A stretch of DNA of 64,000 bases from Toensbergia leucococca (Eukaryota). The translations under genes and the position numbers were made by a program. The DNA lies in assembly GCA_022813965.1 (NCBI GenBank), contig JALDZS010000015.1, forward strand, positions 124,001 through 188,000. The letters are read 5' to 3'. This document shows positions 13,045-26,636 of the stretch, one piece after another. The notes beneath the pieces were generated by a model. The model was given only the letters and a program-made list of their open reading frames with translations, had not been told where the DNA came from and ran no database searches. Position 1 is the stretch's first letter; every line of letters starts with the position of its first letter.

Positions 13045-13720
13045 TTCGAAAGGTCAAAGACCACAGTGCAAAGCATCTAACGCACGGGAGATGGAAGCAA
13101 GCTTCTTCATATACTGAGGCCATATATTCATAATTAACAACATGTCGATGATAGACGTTGTTTTCCATCCTGGCAATCTTCCAACTGGGTGTCAGGAGAG
13201 GAGTGTTGGCAACAACATGTTGCTCCGAATTCATGATGAGTAGGCTAATACGTAGTAGGATTGAGGGACGGTGATCAAGGTGTCTAGATGATATATGTTG
13301 GGATTACCGTGTGCGAGTGATACTGATGGTGAGTGTTGTCTAACGTGGTGAAATTGGAGTTGGATGATTTAATTAATATTCTAACCTATTTCAATTGCCA
13401 GCCCTAAACTCCACTTCTAAACTTCTGCTTTTGCTGGCTAATTTTTACTTTTCTACTTCCACACCATGGTGGAAAACACTATACAGGACATACAGCAAAA
13501 GCCATCCAGGCTACAGAATGCTCGTTTCACATCGCTCATGGGCGAAGTCTCTACACTTTGAAAGAAAATGGCGTTGCGCTGATCACTAGAAGATAGTTTG
13601 TTGATCACAACAGCATCAACAACAAGATCACCTTTTCCATTCAACAGTCTTTGGTATATACACAATGGGCTGCTTCATTGTGTTTTGTGTGGTGCTCGCT
13701 CCTACTATCAGAATCCCAAG

Positions 13721-15420
13721 ATGCGCCGTCAATTTGTGACTCCGTTTCTGCTTCTATGCTCTACATTTCTGCTCTCAACCACGCTTGCTCAACATCCGGG
13801 CATTGCACCGACCTCTGTCAATGGCGCATTACCACCGCAAGCCACCGCGCGCTTAGATTGCGCATTGAATCCCAACAGCTGCGTTGATTTATGCTATCAA
13901 ACCAATTGTACCAATACCCTTGGTCCACCCCCATACAATGTCATATTCTCTGAGGCAAACAACAACACAGCCACATATTTTGAATACCTCAAAGCATCTG
14001 GTTCAATAGTGAATACGTCTGAAGACACCGAGGATCCTTGTGGTCAATGGTCGCCCTGGGGAGAGGGACAGGAAACGGTAATGGAAGGGAATGCTCTCCT
14101 TACCCAGATTACTTTGACATTCGCAAGACTGCTTCCCAATTCTTTGATACATCGATGTGCAAGTCCGAATGACGTAAATAGTATCTCTACATGCTTTCCT
14201 TCTGGGCCGAGTCAATGCTAATGCGACGCCAGATGTCATCTCAGCCGAAGCAGGCTGGTGGTCCGACCCGGAACTAACCATGAATACCAATTTCAGCATT
14301 GTTCTCGATTATCCCGAATTCACCTATGAGTATGTATCTCCGTCTTAATATCATTTTAGCGATTCTTATCCTGGGCTAGGGTTCTTGGCCAAGACACGAG
14401 ACATTGGTGCAGTAACACAAGAGCAGAGATCAACTGCCAAGATGACGGGAAACAATTCCAGTGGAATCCGAGTGGATCGTATGGCGCTGTCAACTCCTCT
14501 GTCTTGATTCATGTTCCCGTTGCAATTGGAGCGTTTGTCATTCCCACACTAGGAGAACTCGTGTCCGATACGCCAAACAATGCATCCGCCAATGCGACAG
14601 CGACTACATCCTTAGGAGGAACACCGACTGAAGCCGCAGGGCCGCCGGCGAAAACGATCACGGTCGATTGTACCACCATCCAGAATGGCTGCGATAGTGT
14701 GTGCTGGGTAGAAAAGTGCCAGAATGGAGGAGACCAGAACCTGAATACCTATACGAAACCAGAGACGATGGGAGAAGTGGGAGTCGCTTCCTTGACTTCT
14801 GGAGCGTGGAACGGGGCTTGTGTTCTTGCAGATGCAGATCCCGAAGATACCGAAGCCATGGCCTTGTTGGACCCGGGGCCGAATCTTTTCGCCTTTCCTC
14901 TTAATATTATGCCGCAGGCTCAGCTCAATACTGTAGTATCCAGTTGCTTATTCACAAACGACACAAATAGTACGTCCCCATCTCTCCTCCTATCATGACC
15001 CCTCTATACCTAAAATCCTTGCATCTGCTTAATCAGATCCTACCTAGGTTTCGTGAGCCAAATCAACACCGGCTTTAACGAGAGGCAGAACGAAATAGCA
15101 AATGGCGAGCCATACCGGCTAGAGCTCCACAATGCGTAAGTCCACCGGCCCTCCTCCCGCCATTTTTTCCATATGATGCTAACCAGCCCACTTCCCAATA
15201 CAGCACCAGCGTAAACTGTGGCCCAAAGCGCACTTGTCAAAACGACGGTACCCCTATTTATTACATCCCGACCCAAGTAAACCCCCCCTTTGGCGACGTG
15301 TCATTCAACAAAGACGACAGCTACAGCCAAAATGCCGCCTCGCCCCAAGGCTCCGGCGTAGCCACGGTCAAGGACAAGCGGCGCTTCAATCCCAGGCCTG
15401 GACCAATTTTCACCTCTTGA
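13721..15420 (+). CDS. Secreted protein with two Cys-rich repeats resembling degenerate NucA/NucB-type nuclease domains
   Basis: Signal peptide MRRQFVTPFLLLCSTFLLSTTLA; internal repeats LDCALNPNSCVDLCYQTNC and VDCTTIQNGCDSVCWVEKC; last exon NCGPKRTCQNDG. Multi-intron; 3' end uncertain (could extend to ~15658). Confidence 0.6.
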
Positions 15421-16507
15421 AATGAAGTGATGGCTGTTATTCAAATCCACTTCTCTTCTGGCCGGCTTCGGTGCACATTTGCCAAAGGGGCCTCTCCTAG
15501 CTCAAAGCCGTTGCTGTGGGGCGCAGAGCGCTTCTAGCATGATCGCAGTGCTACTACAGCTTCCGCGGCGCGGAGACGGCAGCTTGGTTCTTTTGACGGG
15601 CGAGAAGGAGCTTTCGCAGCGGGTTGGGTCCTGGATTCTGGGGTATTTGTTCAGCTAGCTATAGGGAATATATAGATTCTTTGTAGGAAGCAGCGTAGTC
15701 GACTGGAATAGCATATTAATCTAAGTCATATGAGTTGCAGGTTTTACGAGTACTGTGAATATTTTGATTACGAGCGTAGGCTCCCATTACGAGACACATG
15801 GAGTGCACGGAAGTATTTCTAGAGTAGTGGCTAAGATGTCGAGTTGGATTCGTTGGTTTCGAATAGGGGTCTATTTGCGGATGCATATACTTCGATCTCA
15901 CATTCTTCATTCAGTCTTGTTTCGGGCTGAGGTGATTGTATCGCAATCGGACGAGGCTGATATCCAATTCCTGCACACCTGACTTGAGAACAGGGGGCAC
16001 AACGTAGAATACTATCGACCACACTATCTCACAAATTAGACAGCTAGCTAAACTACAGGCTCTATAGGTTACATATGTCTTCCTTTCCCCTAAATAAAAC
16101 AAACGGAAATGGCTAGCGGCGAGTTTTTGATTCTGGCCTTTGTTGAGATATTCTTTAGATCGAGGGAATGGGAACTAATGTACCAATTGTTTTTTCTTTC
16201 CGATAGGGGTTGTATCATGTCGTCGGTGGAGATTCATGGAGGAATCCGTAGGTGCAGGGACAGGGTTTGCTTTGGGTGACTGGATACAACGGTAGATATG
16301 AGGCTGGAAGATGGTACGGATAGATAGTGGCAAGTCAGGATAGGGAAACTTTAGATGGTGATACATTGTGCTCTTTGAGCGTTCTGTCAAGCTTCTCGCT
16401 CGCTTCTCGTTGGGGTTCCGGCTCTAATACGATGCTACAGTATGGATATTTGTTGTCGGAAATGAGGCTGCAGAGACGCTGATTCGTACAGTTGATGGTA
16501 GGAGACT

Positions 16508-18242
16508 TTACGATGCTCTGTTTCTCGGGCATAGAGACTCGATATGTCTCCGCTTTGCTAGGAACTCATCCTCGTTGTTGGTAGGCTGGACTCTCGAAAA
16601 TTTTGGGTTGCGGCTTCGAGGCGGTGATTCAGTAACCCGTGACTCAGGACGGGATCTCGACACGTTGTTAGACTTGCACCATCCAGCAAAGATACCCTCC
16701 AAGTAAACAGATTGCATAGTCCGATAGTTATCAAATTCCCACGTTCTAGCTATCTTCAACGCTGCAGCCTCCACAAATTTCTCAGGAAGGCCGACGAAGG
16801 CGAGGAAGTTGCCAATGGCCATTCCTGAGTTATAACTTAGCGGCAACCGAGTATCGTGTAGACGTTGCTGATAATCTTTTGCCCAGCGCGACATTTCAAT
16901 ATCTTCAAGTCTCAGGGTCCTATTTATGACGGGATACTTTTGCATGTATTCTCGGAGGTCTTTGATGGAGAAGACCTTTATAACATGCTCAACCTTACCG
17001 TGAATGAGCCACTCTGAAGATCCGATGTTAACGTCACGCATTTTCAGCTGCTTTGTAATCGATGCTGCAGGATAAAGACTTGGGATTCCTTGGTTTTGAT
17101 CTTTACTGACAAGATGTAGATCTATGATTGCAATGAGAGGGTTATTCTCAGACAACAGTCCACGATGTAGGGCAGGTAAGAGAGAATCATAAACAGACAC
17201 AAAAGGAGAGGGTATTTCCTTTCTTCTGAGGTGGATATTTGTAGCCTCTTTAAACGTCTTTGACGCTCGATCTGGAGGAGAGGGGATCCTCTCTGAAGTC
17301 TGGAGGAAGGCTCCTGCACAAAACTTATCGGGCGTGTTCATCCCTTGACTTTCTGTAGATACCGTAAGCCTGTAAAGCATGAAACTAGAGTAGAAAGAAA
17401 ATTGAGAGCTTACTGTCATCGTAGAATCTAAATGCGATGGGCGGCACTGAGGCTTTGCCAGATAGAGGCCATCGGTAGTTCAGTTCTCTTGCATTTGGCT
17501 CACTGATGAAGAGCTTGCGGCATACGTGGCCTCGCGGCTGAGATCCAGACTTATAGATTCTGTACTCGTCTGTTGATGGCGGTGTTAACAGACCAGTAGC
17601 AGATGGCTTTGAGAAGGCTCCGGTTGGCGTCTGAAAATGTAGAAGCGCACGGATTTTCTTAGGAGTACACGGAAAAGAGTCATCTTCGCTATCTGACAGG
17701 GTTTGTCCCGGCCCCAAAACTCCATAACCGCTGAAACGATTCGCTTTTCTTTTCTTGGATTTAGATTCCTTTGGTCTTTCTGAAAACCTGGACTTGTCTT
17801 CACCTGTTCTCCTGACAAGCTGAATTCCAATCTCTAGGGCCGTATCCTCAAGTTCAAGCCTCGTACTGCTCCATGAATTGAAAGGATCAGAGAACAAGGT
17901 TTCAAAATAGATAGATGTAAATGCCACGCTTTCGTCAAACTTCCTCCAAATGTTATCCCACATTGAAGCTAAAGCACCATTCGTTAGGCACTGAGAAAAC
18001 CTTGACACAGGCAGCTCATCATGGTAGTATTCATTGAAAACTATTGCCTTGTCTGCCCACGAGTTTTCATACTATCTTTCAAGGATGCAAATCGTCACCT
18101 GATGCTTGAGGAGCCATCTGTGGGGTGGAGTGCGCGTCACCGCCGCGTAGTCACAGGAAGTGCTAGATTGTGTATCAAGGGAGGGGTACTGCGTGCGGTC
18201 GAAACTTGAAGCCAGAGGAGGGATTTTGACAAATTGAAGCAT
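16508..18242 (-). pseudogene. Fungal hypothetical protein with ART-like (R..S..E) C-terminal domain, interrupted by one in-frame TAG
   Basis: ATG 18242 is in frame with ORF 17385-18008 except for TAG 18074-18072 (HRWLLKHQVTICILER*YENSWADKAIVFN). An intron at ~17354-17413 joins FRFYDD to SQGMN..SPFVSVYDSL..SSEWLIHG. Confidence 0.55.
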
Positions 18243-18810
18243 TGAGGAGATAGAGAAATGCCAGAAAATGAGAAGAAGTAGAAACTGCGATAGCAGAAAT
18301 TAGAGAGAGAACGTAATACATCAAGAATTCAATTTCAAAGAGGGTTGAATTTTTTGATGAGAGTTTACTCTGTAATTGGCAAAAGATAGAAAATGGGTGG
18401 CAGGGCGGACTAGTATCCAGCCTTTTTGGATGTCTTCCATGCAAATAAAATTCCGAAGAGATATCCATAATTCTGCCGGCTCAAATCGTCAGTTGAAGCT
18501 AGATTAAGCAGTCATCAGCAATGCCTCATACTCGCAGTGATTTGATGTTCATGTCAATGTCAATGATAGAGGCCGCTCGGTTGGACAGAGATCTCGGACT
18601 AGGCTAGAATAGAAACCCTGGTACCTCGAGCCGCCTACCATTATTCGAGTCGTCTCATTCGTCATCCTTCAGACTCAATCTTCGAACTATCTGTATTTGA
18701 TTTTGCAGCTTCAGGACAAATCTGGGCATAAAGCATGTTATGAAGCATGTGAATGCGTCCGCATTTTTGTAAATTGGGATAACAAGAGGCTCTAAAAATA
18801 CCAGGCCACC

Positions 18811-19172
18811 ATGGACAACCACGCAGCTGTTGAATACCTTCAGGCAATACTTGAAAAGCGACTGCGTCTCCACACTACCGATACACGAATCTTTGTCGGT
18901 GAATTTAAATGCACTGATAATGTGAGCCTGGCAACCTTTACCCTGTATCCTGACTTCTCACTAATTTCCTGTAGGAACGGAACGTCATCCTTTCCCAGGC
19001 TTATGAATACCGTCCACCATCATACAATGAAGCCGACGTTGCTGCTCCTTTGTCTTTGACAGTGGCCAATACGAGTCGTTTCCTAGGCTTGATTGTGGTA
19101 CCAGGGCAGCACATCACGAAGATTGAAGTAGAAGACCCTCCGACAAACTCCATCTCCGAAGACACATCATGA
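18811..19172 (+). CDS. LSM-domain protein, NatC auxiliary subunit (Mak31/Naa38-like)
   Basis: LRLHTTDTRIFVGEFKCTDN|ERNVILSQAYEYR...SRFLGLIVVPGQHITKIEVE (Sm1/Sm2 motifs); one intron at ~18922-18974; TGA 19170-19172. Confidence 0.88.
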
Positions 19173-20832
19173 GAATAGAACTTTGAGACTTAATGCTATA
19201 TATAGCATAGAATTGGCAACACCAATTGTTACTCTGTATTCGTCTATCAAACAAGGATAATCTCTTGTTGGCCAAAGTCTTATTTTTTACGACTATCTAC
19301 ATCCATCTCTCCAATGCCTTGGTGATTGCTGCGGCAAGATTTCATCTCCTACCCACAATGTTGGCGTCCCTGCAAGCTGGACTCGCAGGGGGGTGAATTT
19401 GTTGAGTGCGCTCTGATTAAGTTGTTCAGATGGGATTGTGTTGCGAATAACACAACAATGAGATCCATTGCAATAAAGCAATGTTCTTTCGAAGCCATCC
19501 CTCCGCATCATAGCCCTAGACTTTTACAAGTGTGCCATTCGCGAAGATGTATCATTTATTACAGCTTCGAGAAATGAGGACACCCAATAGAGACTTGAAA
19601 CTCTCGTTCTCTGGAGAGGCAGCAATAGAAGTAGAATAGGTCCACAAAAGATTTTCAATCCCCTGATCCCTGCCTTTATCAGTGGACACACCGAGTACAC
19701 TCGAATGGGCAGAGCAGATTTAAACAAGTATGATCCGGGCTATGAGTGACGGACTGGTCCTAGATAGACGTTGGGGCTTGTCTCTTCTTGTTGTACTTAC
19801 TCCGTACAACAGGATAGTATTCTCTATTTGAAGTATTCCACATTCCACACTGATGACTGAAAATCTGTATTTATACTTTAGATTTATGTGTCTCATTAAT
19901 CTTAAACAAGATACTCCGCATACAAGTTGCACGCATGCTACTCGTAGACACGTTGCAAACAGCAAACAAAAGTTGGTGTGCCTTTGTCAGTGTCACAATA
20001 AGGTATTCTAACTCCGACAAAAAAAAAGCTCCGGCTTAGCCAAACCTTAAACTTGGAATAAGGGATTCTTGCGCCTCGCCCAATGTAACTTAGTTATCTT
20101 CTTCGCTCTTGTCAACATTATCACTGTTTTTCTCCACCACCCGTGCGGTTTGATCCCTCTCGGTATGTCTCTCTTGGACTGCATTCTCTTCATGATGGGG
20201 TTCTTTTGAGTGATAGCATCTGTGACCCCTTCACCCCACTCTATCTAGACCTTCCCCTTGTAAGCCTTCTGAAGCTACACTTCCTTGCTGACCGTTGCCT
20301 TCCCCAGCGCCATCCGAAGATATCATCGAGATCATCGAGATCGTCGTAAGAAGGATTAATACAACACTAAAGACTTGTCCTAAGAGCCCGGCGGGCTTCT
20401 CAACCCTCATCCACAATAACCAGTTGGTCGCCCTACTATCGCAATAAGCTGGAACAGTCGCACCCCTTGCGGTCTAGACGAAGTCATTACCGGCTCTGGA
20501 AGGGATTGTGTTCGATTTGTTATCCCCAACCTATTCGAGCCAAGTCATCCAATTAGAGCCATTACCAAATTCCAGTAGGTTGGGGAAGCCGCAGACGGCG
20601 ACCATATGGTCCTTCGTTGAAGGTCGATTCTTGTGCTTCTTATATACCCTTTTCGAACCACCATAATTGGGTTGATTGCGTTGAAGATATAGAAAAATAC
20701 TGAACCGCACTAAAAGTCTAGACAAATTCCCAAAGGAGGCCGACTTTCTTCACCCATCCAGTGTTGTTACGCTCTTTTCGAAGTTACGAAGCCTATTGCT
20801 ACACATTCAATCCTCGATTACATTTCTCGAGG

Positions 20833-22567
20833 ATGGGACAGCAGCCATCTAAAACCCGCGATGGCTCTAGAACCCCAACCAATGCTTCATCAACATCATT
20901 GGATCGATCCGGGGATGGTTTGCAATCTTACCCTTCAATCAGCAAGTCTGACACCAAGGAATCTTCTCGTTCCTTTCGAGGATCTATAGGTTCAAAAATA
21001 CGGGGTAGTGGAAAATCAGACAGCCCAAGAAGCTCGTTCTCAAATATTGATGCGTCTGCCGACCGATCTGACGCAGCTTCTACTAAGTCTGGGACGAGCG
21101 TCAAATCAAATGGGTCAAGGGCGAGTCGCGCCTTTGCTGCCCAATCTCCTCCGGCATTGCCCATCCCGTCGATCGAGGTACCAAACACAGTGGAGGCAGG
21201 ATCCCCAGTCCCGCCACCGTCTCCCTCTCAATCGGCATCACTTGGCCGAGGTCATCAGTCTGTAAGCAAAGCTCAACAGCAGGGCGAAGTCGATCATGTA
21301 TCGGATACGCCTCCCTCAGGAACATTACATCCTTCACATAATCAACAGCCGAAGGAGAGTATTTTGATGAAGCGGGACAATACCATCAACCCAAGGGCTC
21401 CAGATACGCCTACTTCTACGGCGTTTGATCTTGAAGGGATCCTGAGCTCCTCGCCTGCGATGGGGATAGGAGCATTAAACTCTATTGATGTTGATGAGAT
21501 GATTACTAGGTTGCTAGATGCAGGCTACTCTACTAAGATCACCAAGGCAGTCTGTCTCAAGAACGCCGAAATCACGGCAATATGCACTGCAGTCCGAGAA
21601 GTTCTATTATCTCAACCTGCCCTTATCGAGCTTTCTGCACCTGTTAAGATCGTTGGAGATGTGCATGGCCAGTACACTGATCTAATCCGTATGTTTGAAA
21701 TGTGTGGCTTTCCACCCAATGCCAATTTTCTGTTTCTTGGGGATTACGTTGATAGGGGCAAGCAGAGCCTGGAGACTATTCTTCTTCTCTTTTGCTATAA
21801 ATTAAAATTTCCGGAGAATTTCTTTTTATTACGAGGAAATCACGAATGCGCCAACGTCACTAGAGTTTATGGATTCTACGATGAGTGTAAGCGGAGATGT
21901 AACATCAAGATCTGGAAGACTTTCGTAGACTCTTTCAATTGCCTTCCGATTGCTGCCATTGTCGCTGGGAAGATATTTTGTGTCCATGGTGGCCTTTCTC
22001 CAAGTCTATCTCATATGGATGACATCCGGCAAATCGCCAGGCCTACGGATGTACCCGACTACGGGCTACTCAATGATCTTCTGTGGAGTGATCCGGCGGA
22101 CATGGAAGCTGATTGGGAGTCGAATGAAAGAGGCGTGAGCTATTGTTTTGGCAAAAAAGTGATCATGGAGTTTCTGCAGAGACATGATTTTGATCTCGTA
22201 TGTAGAGCCCATATGGTTGTTGAAGATGGCTATGAGTTTTTCAACGATCGCATCCTTGTCACGGTTTTCTCAGCACCGAACGTAAGTTCTCAAGCCATCC
22301 TCCGTTGCGCACTCACTGACGGAAAGATATAGTACTGCGGAGAATTCGATAATTGGGGAGCTGTCATGTCAGTGTCGTCAGAGCTCCTCTGTAGTTTTGA
22401 ACTTATCAAACCGCTTGACTCAAGCGCATTGAAAAACCATATCAAAAAAGGCCGGAACAAGAGAAATAGCATGCTGAACAGCCCGGTGAGTAAACTGCTC
22501 TTGAGTAGTAAGACCATTTTCCTAACCGTTACAAAAGCCTGCCACAGTATCTGCGCAGAGCTTTTAG
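20833..22567 (+). CDS. ppzA: Ser/Thr protein phosphatase PP-Z (PP1-related)
   Basis: N-myristoylation-type start MGQQPSK and a Ser-rich N-terminus; [48 protein letters not shown]. Two 3' introns; TAG 22565-22567. Confidence 0.93.
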
Positions 22568-23546
22568 CAAATTTCACGGCAGCAGTATTCGCGCGATATA
22601 TCAAATCCCTTGCACGGGATTATAGTTACGAATGCAATACTGAGATAAGGGGGTTTTGCTTTCGGTGTTTTATGTGTCATTCAAAACACCGCGCTAAGGG
22701 ACTGCTAGCGCAATGTATAATGTATCGGAGAGTCAGGCGAGTGCATTCTTTGAAATAGCTTTTGTGTTGACTTTCATTGAAGAAGCATGCACTCTTGATT
22801 TTCTGCCTAGCATTCTGATTATGAGGAGATGAGCGGTTGGGGGGTATCTAAGTTTTCCCACCGGGCTCAAACAGCATTCGAGCATGAACGGTGAAATCTA
22901 TGAGAGAAATTTGTATGCCATCCCTTCGCTTGATGAGAGTGACTTTATTTCTTCTCACTTAACAATCAAGGATGCTTCTTATGGAGGTTGCTGATTTCGT
23001 TGATCCAGTACACCGGGCATCCACGATGCTGGAAGTATCATGCCCACATAGATCATGTAAGTCATGTGGCTGTTCCCTCGACGCTTGCAACCCCTCTTGA
23101 CTCTATTGATGAAATCATCTAATTGGGATTGTACAAAGGACCGATCTCGTTACAACTAAGGTCGCAGACGAGGTAGCCTTGGTGACTAGCGCAAAATATG
23201 AATTCGTGGTGAATACAGTCTACCTTACCTACGTGACAAAGATTTACTCCTTTCGATCTCTGTATTTGGTCCCATACAACGTAAAGTGGCCAGTTGACTA
23301 TTTCCTTCCCTCACCGTATCTTTTGAACGTAAATTTCTCTTCTCAATTGGTGGTCTCCGAGATATAGTGAGGGCTAAGGTTTTGAGTTTCGGTCTATCAA
23401 TTGCTGGACCTCACCTGAGGCTTTACACCCTTGCTGGCTATCATTCTGAGGGTCGAACCTGTCCGTTACCATCCAAAGGGCCTACTGCACTCTCCTATTA
23501 TAGTTTGCACACCTTGTGAGAAGTCTGTTCTAAGCTCAATATCGCC

Positions 23547-24951
23547 ATGGATGAAGCCTCGGCGGATTTAGTCCTTTCCTTGCAGCTTGAAGACCTTGAT
23601 CGCCTCTTAGGCGCATCAGCTGAGCAGCAAGCCACTCTCAAGCAACCAGACAGTCGTGTGGCCCTAACCACATACCACGATGAACTTGACAAGAGACGCC
23701 GCAACATCCGAGATGGCCGAATGGGACGTAGCATCGCACAAGCAGTCCGCAATGATGCTCCAGCATTGCTTGAGGCAAGATCTCAAGAAAACCAGGCGAA
23801 ACGTGATAGAATCATCGCATCGACGCTGCGGAACGCGGCCAGACTGCTGTACCCGCCTTGTATCCGCCTGATGTCATCGATCTTACCGACGATGTTGATG
23901 AGATATTCATGCAAAGACTTGCTGCTGTCAATGTGGGAAGACCGGGACTAATAGATCTCACACCAAGACCTCGACTTACACTCGGTCAACAACTTCGACG
24001 AAAACGTTCAGTCGAGGGAAACACTTTCAAATCAGTCCCCGCCGATGAATCTGTAATAGGCATTAAGAAACCATGTGCCTCATGCAATGAACATATCCCT
24101 TATTTCGACGCAGTCTATGCACCTTGTGGACATGATTACTGCAAAATTTGTGTCAAGCGGCTTTTTACTATGGCAATTCGCGACGAATCACTCTTTCCAC
24201 CACGTTGCTGCCGCCAGCCAGTGCCCTTGGCAGCCGCCGACGTCTTCCTCACTTCAGAGTTCGTCCGAATTTTTCAAGAGAAATTTGTTGAATTCACAAC
24301 ACCAAATCGGACCTACTGTGCATGGCCGACCTGTGCTGTATTTATCCCACCCAAGAACATCAATGGTGATATCGGAGTCTGCCCTAGCTGCGGATTCTGG
24401 GCATGCACCATATGCAAAGGGCGATCGCATGAGGGCCAAGACTGTCCTCAAGATACTGCTCTGAAAAGTCTTATGGAAACAGCAAGGCAAGCGGGATGGC
24501 AACGCTGCTATAGGTGCAGGCGCTTGGTGGAGCTTGCTCATGGGTGTAATCACATGACGTACGTTAGCTCTTTGATACCATGCACGTTATGAATTGACGT
24601 ATAATATGCAGCTGCTTTTGTCGGGCGGAATTTTGCTATGTGTGTGCTCGACCATGGAAGACCTGCCCATGCGATACATGGGACGAACAACGCCTTGTCG
24701 ATCAAAGTAACCTCGTCGCCGGCCGTCGCCCAGAACAGGTCAATGATGAAGGAGGGCAAGCGGCTGCGCCGAGAATGCAGATAGTTCAGAATCATCTTCG
24801 AAACAACCAGGAGTGCGAACATGAAGAATGGCGATTGCTAAGAGAACCAGGACACTGTGAATTCTGCGAAGTAAACTTCCGCCATTTCATCTACTTCTGC
24901 GACGACTGCGGAGCCTATGCTTGTAGGCTCTGCCGACATCATCGTGCGTAG
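23547..24951 (+). CDS. RBR (RING-IBR-RING) E3 ubiquitin ligase-like protein; apparent frameshift near 23820-23860
   Basis: CASC..APCGHDYCKIC..DESLFPPRCC; RTYCAWPTC..CPSC..CTICKGRSHEGQDC; WQRCYRCRRLVELAHGCNHMT|CFCRAEFCYVCARPWKTCPC. The N-terminal and RING ORFs are in different frames. Confidence 0.85.
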
Positions 24952-25826
24952 GTAAGCGGAAAGAGAGTCTGCTGCGCAGAGTAGCATTTTGCTAGTACAT
25001 TTGATAGACTTTGGGCAGAAAGCTTGCTGCACCTCGCATTTTTGCAGAAAGTTGGCAGTAATGCGACTGGCTTTTCGGATGTTCACGTTAGTCTGAGATA
25101 CAATGCGAAGACCTCTAGAATCATGCGTCTTTCGAGTTTCGATAGGTCGCTATGTGAAGCTTCTAGAGGACTTACTTTTAGCAAAAGCTCACTCCGAAGC
25201 TCATTGCACGTATTTCTGAAAAAGGTGACAATTAGAAGGACTCTTGATTTGACATTCGAAATTTCAACACTCGGACATAGTATTTCCTGTTCAAAGACAT
25301 GGGGCTGAGTCAAGATTTCATGATTGCAGTTGAACCAAGGTTTGGAAATGCCAAGCCCCAGCCTCGCGCCAGCACAATTTGCGCCGCCTCCTCCATTTTC
25401 TCCATTTATCTCATAAACACAACGTAGCCTCAGCGCTATTTGCATTGACATACATATATGTACAGAAAGCCATTCTATCACACCTACCGCTTGTACAACT
25501 GGGGTTCTCCGTATTGTAGGTTTTCGTAAAGTGTGCGGCACGTCATTTCAAGCTGACAGCTAATCAGGCTAAAACACCCCGCTAAGCGGCCGTTGACCAG
25601 ATTACCGGATCTTGAAGCTCCCAGCTATCATCTTCATCCTCAGCTTCCATTAAAGGCTTGCCTCACCAGAATTCTGTACACAATACCGTAGGTCTTGGCG
25701 GGTTGACAGCATACGACAATCATCAGCCGCTCACCAGTCTCGAAGCGTCAGTACCAGCAGTCGGCGTTCAGCAAGATAGGCCCTTCCGCGCATTAGTCGC
25801 CTGAGTGAAACAAGCTCATTGCCAAT

Positions 25827-26636
25827 ATGTCCATTACCGGCATTTTCTTCGGTTTCTTCCGCTTTCTCGAGTTCATTACCTTGGTACCGACCTTGGGAAT
25901 GCTGGTAGGTGCTCGGAAACAATTCATATAAGGCTCACATTGACCTTTGGCTAGGCTTACTTCGTCAATGGCTTTGTCGAGGCCAATGCACTCACACCAA
26001 ATTACATCTTGTGAGTGCCACAATAGGACACCGCTCCCCGCGTCCACACTTCATAGTTCGGAGGCTTACAGTAATTTTCAAGAGTGCTTTTTATAACCTC
26101 AGTCCTCGCAGCAGTATGGGCCCTGGCTACCGGTCTTCGCCGCAAGTCAACCAGACGTTCAGCTATTTTCGTATCCTTCATCGATCTCTGCTTCGTAGGA
26201 GCCTTCATTGCAGGTGTATACGAGCTCCGCGGCATTGCCAAAGCCAATTGTACTCACTTCACAACGGGTTCTTTCTACCAGTCGCTGGGACCATTCGGAT
26301 ACTTCGGCGGTAACTCTATCAGCCTCAACACCAACAAAACATGTGCGATGCTAAAGGCATGCTTTGCCTTTGGCATTATGAATTGCATTTTCTTCTTCCT
26401 TACATCATTCATCCTACTCTTCATGCATAGAAACGAGCGTGAGGTTGTTGTGAAGGAGACATACACCAGTAGAAGAAGGAGTCATGACTCTCGGTAGGAT
26501 TTCGTCCCTGCTTTGATCTAATTGGACCAGTGATTAACGCTATACCTACAGACGTGGGCATTCTCGCAGCGGTGGTGGTGGCGGTAGTGGACAACGCCGG
26601 AGCTCAAGAGACAGTCGACGGCAATACTACGTATAG
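25827..26636 (+). CDS. MARVEL-like four-TM membrane protein
   Basis: MSITGIFFGFFRFLEFITLVPTLGML|AYFVNGFVEANALTPNYIL|VLFITSVLAAVWALAT..FIDLCFVGAFIAGVYELR..CAMLKACFAFGIMN, with an Arg/Ser-rich tail; three introns. Confidence 0.82.

Noticed and set aside
18072..18098. 27-nt GT..AG micro-intron that would remove the premature TAG
   Set aside because: Much shorter than the other introns here (about 48 nt or more), no clear branch site, and it would delete plausible coding residues; not fully excluded.
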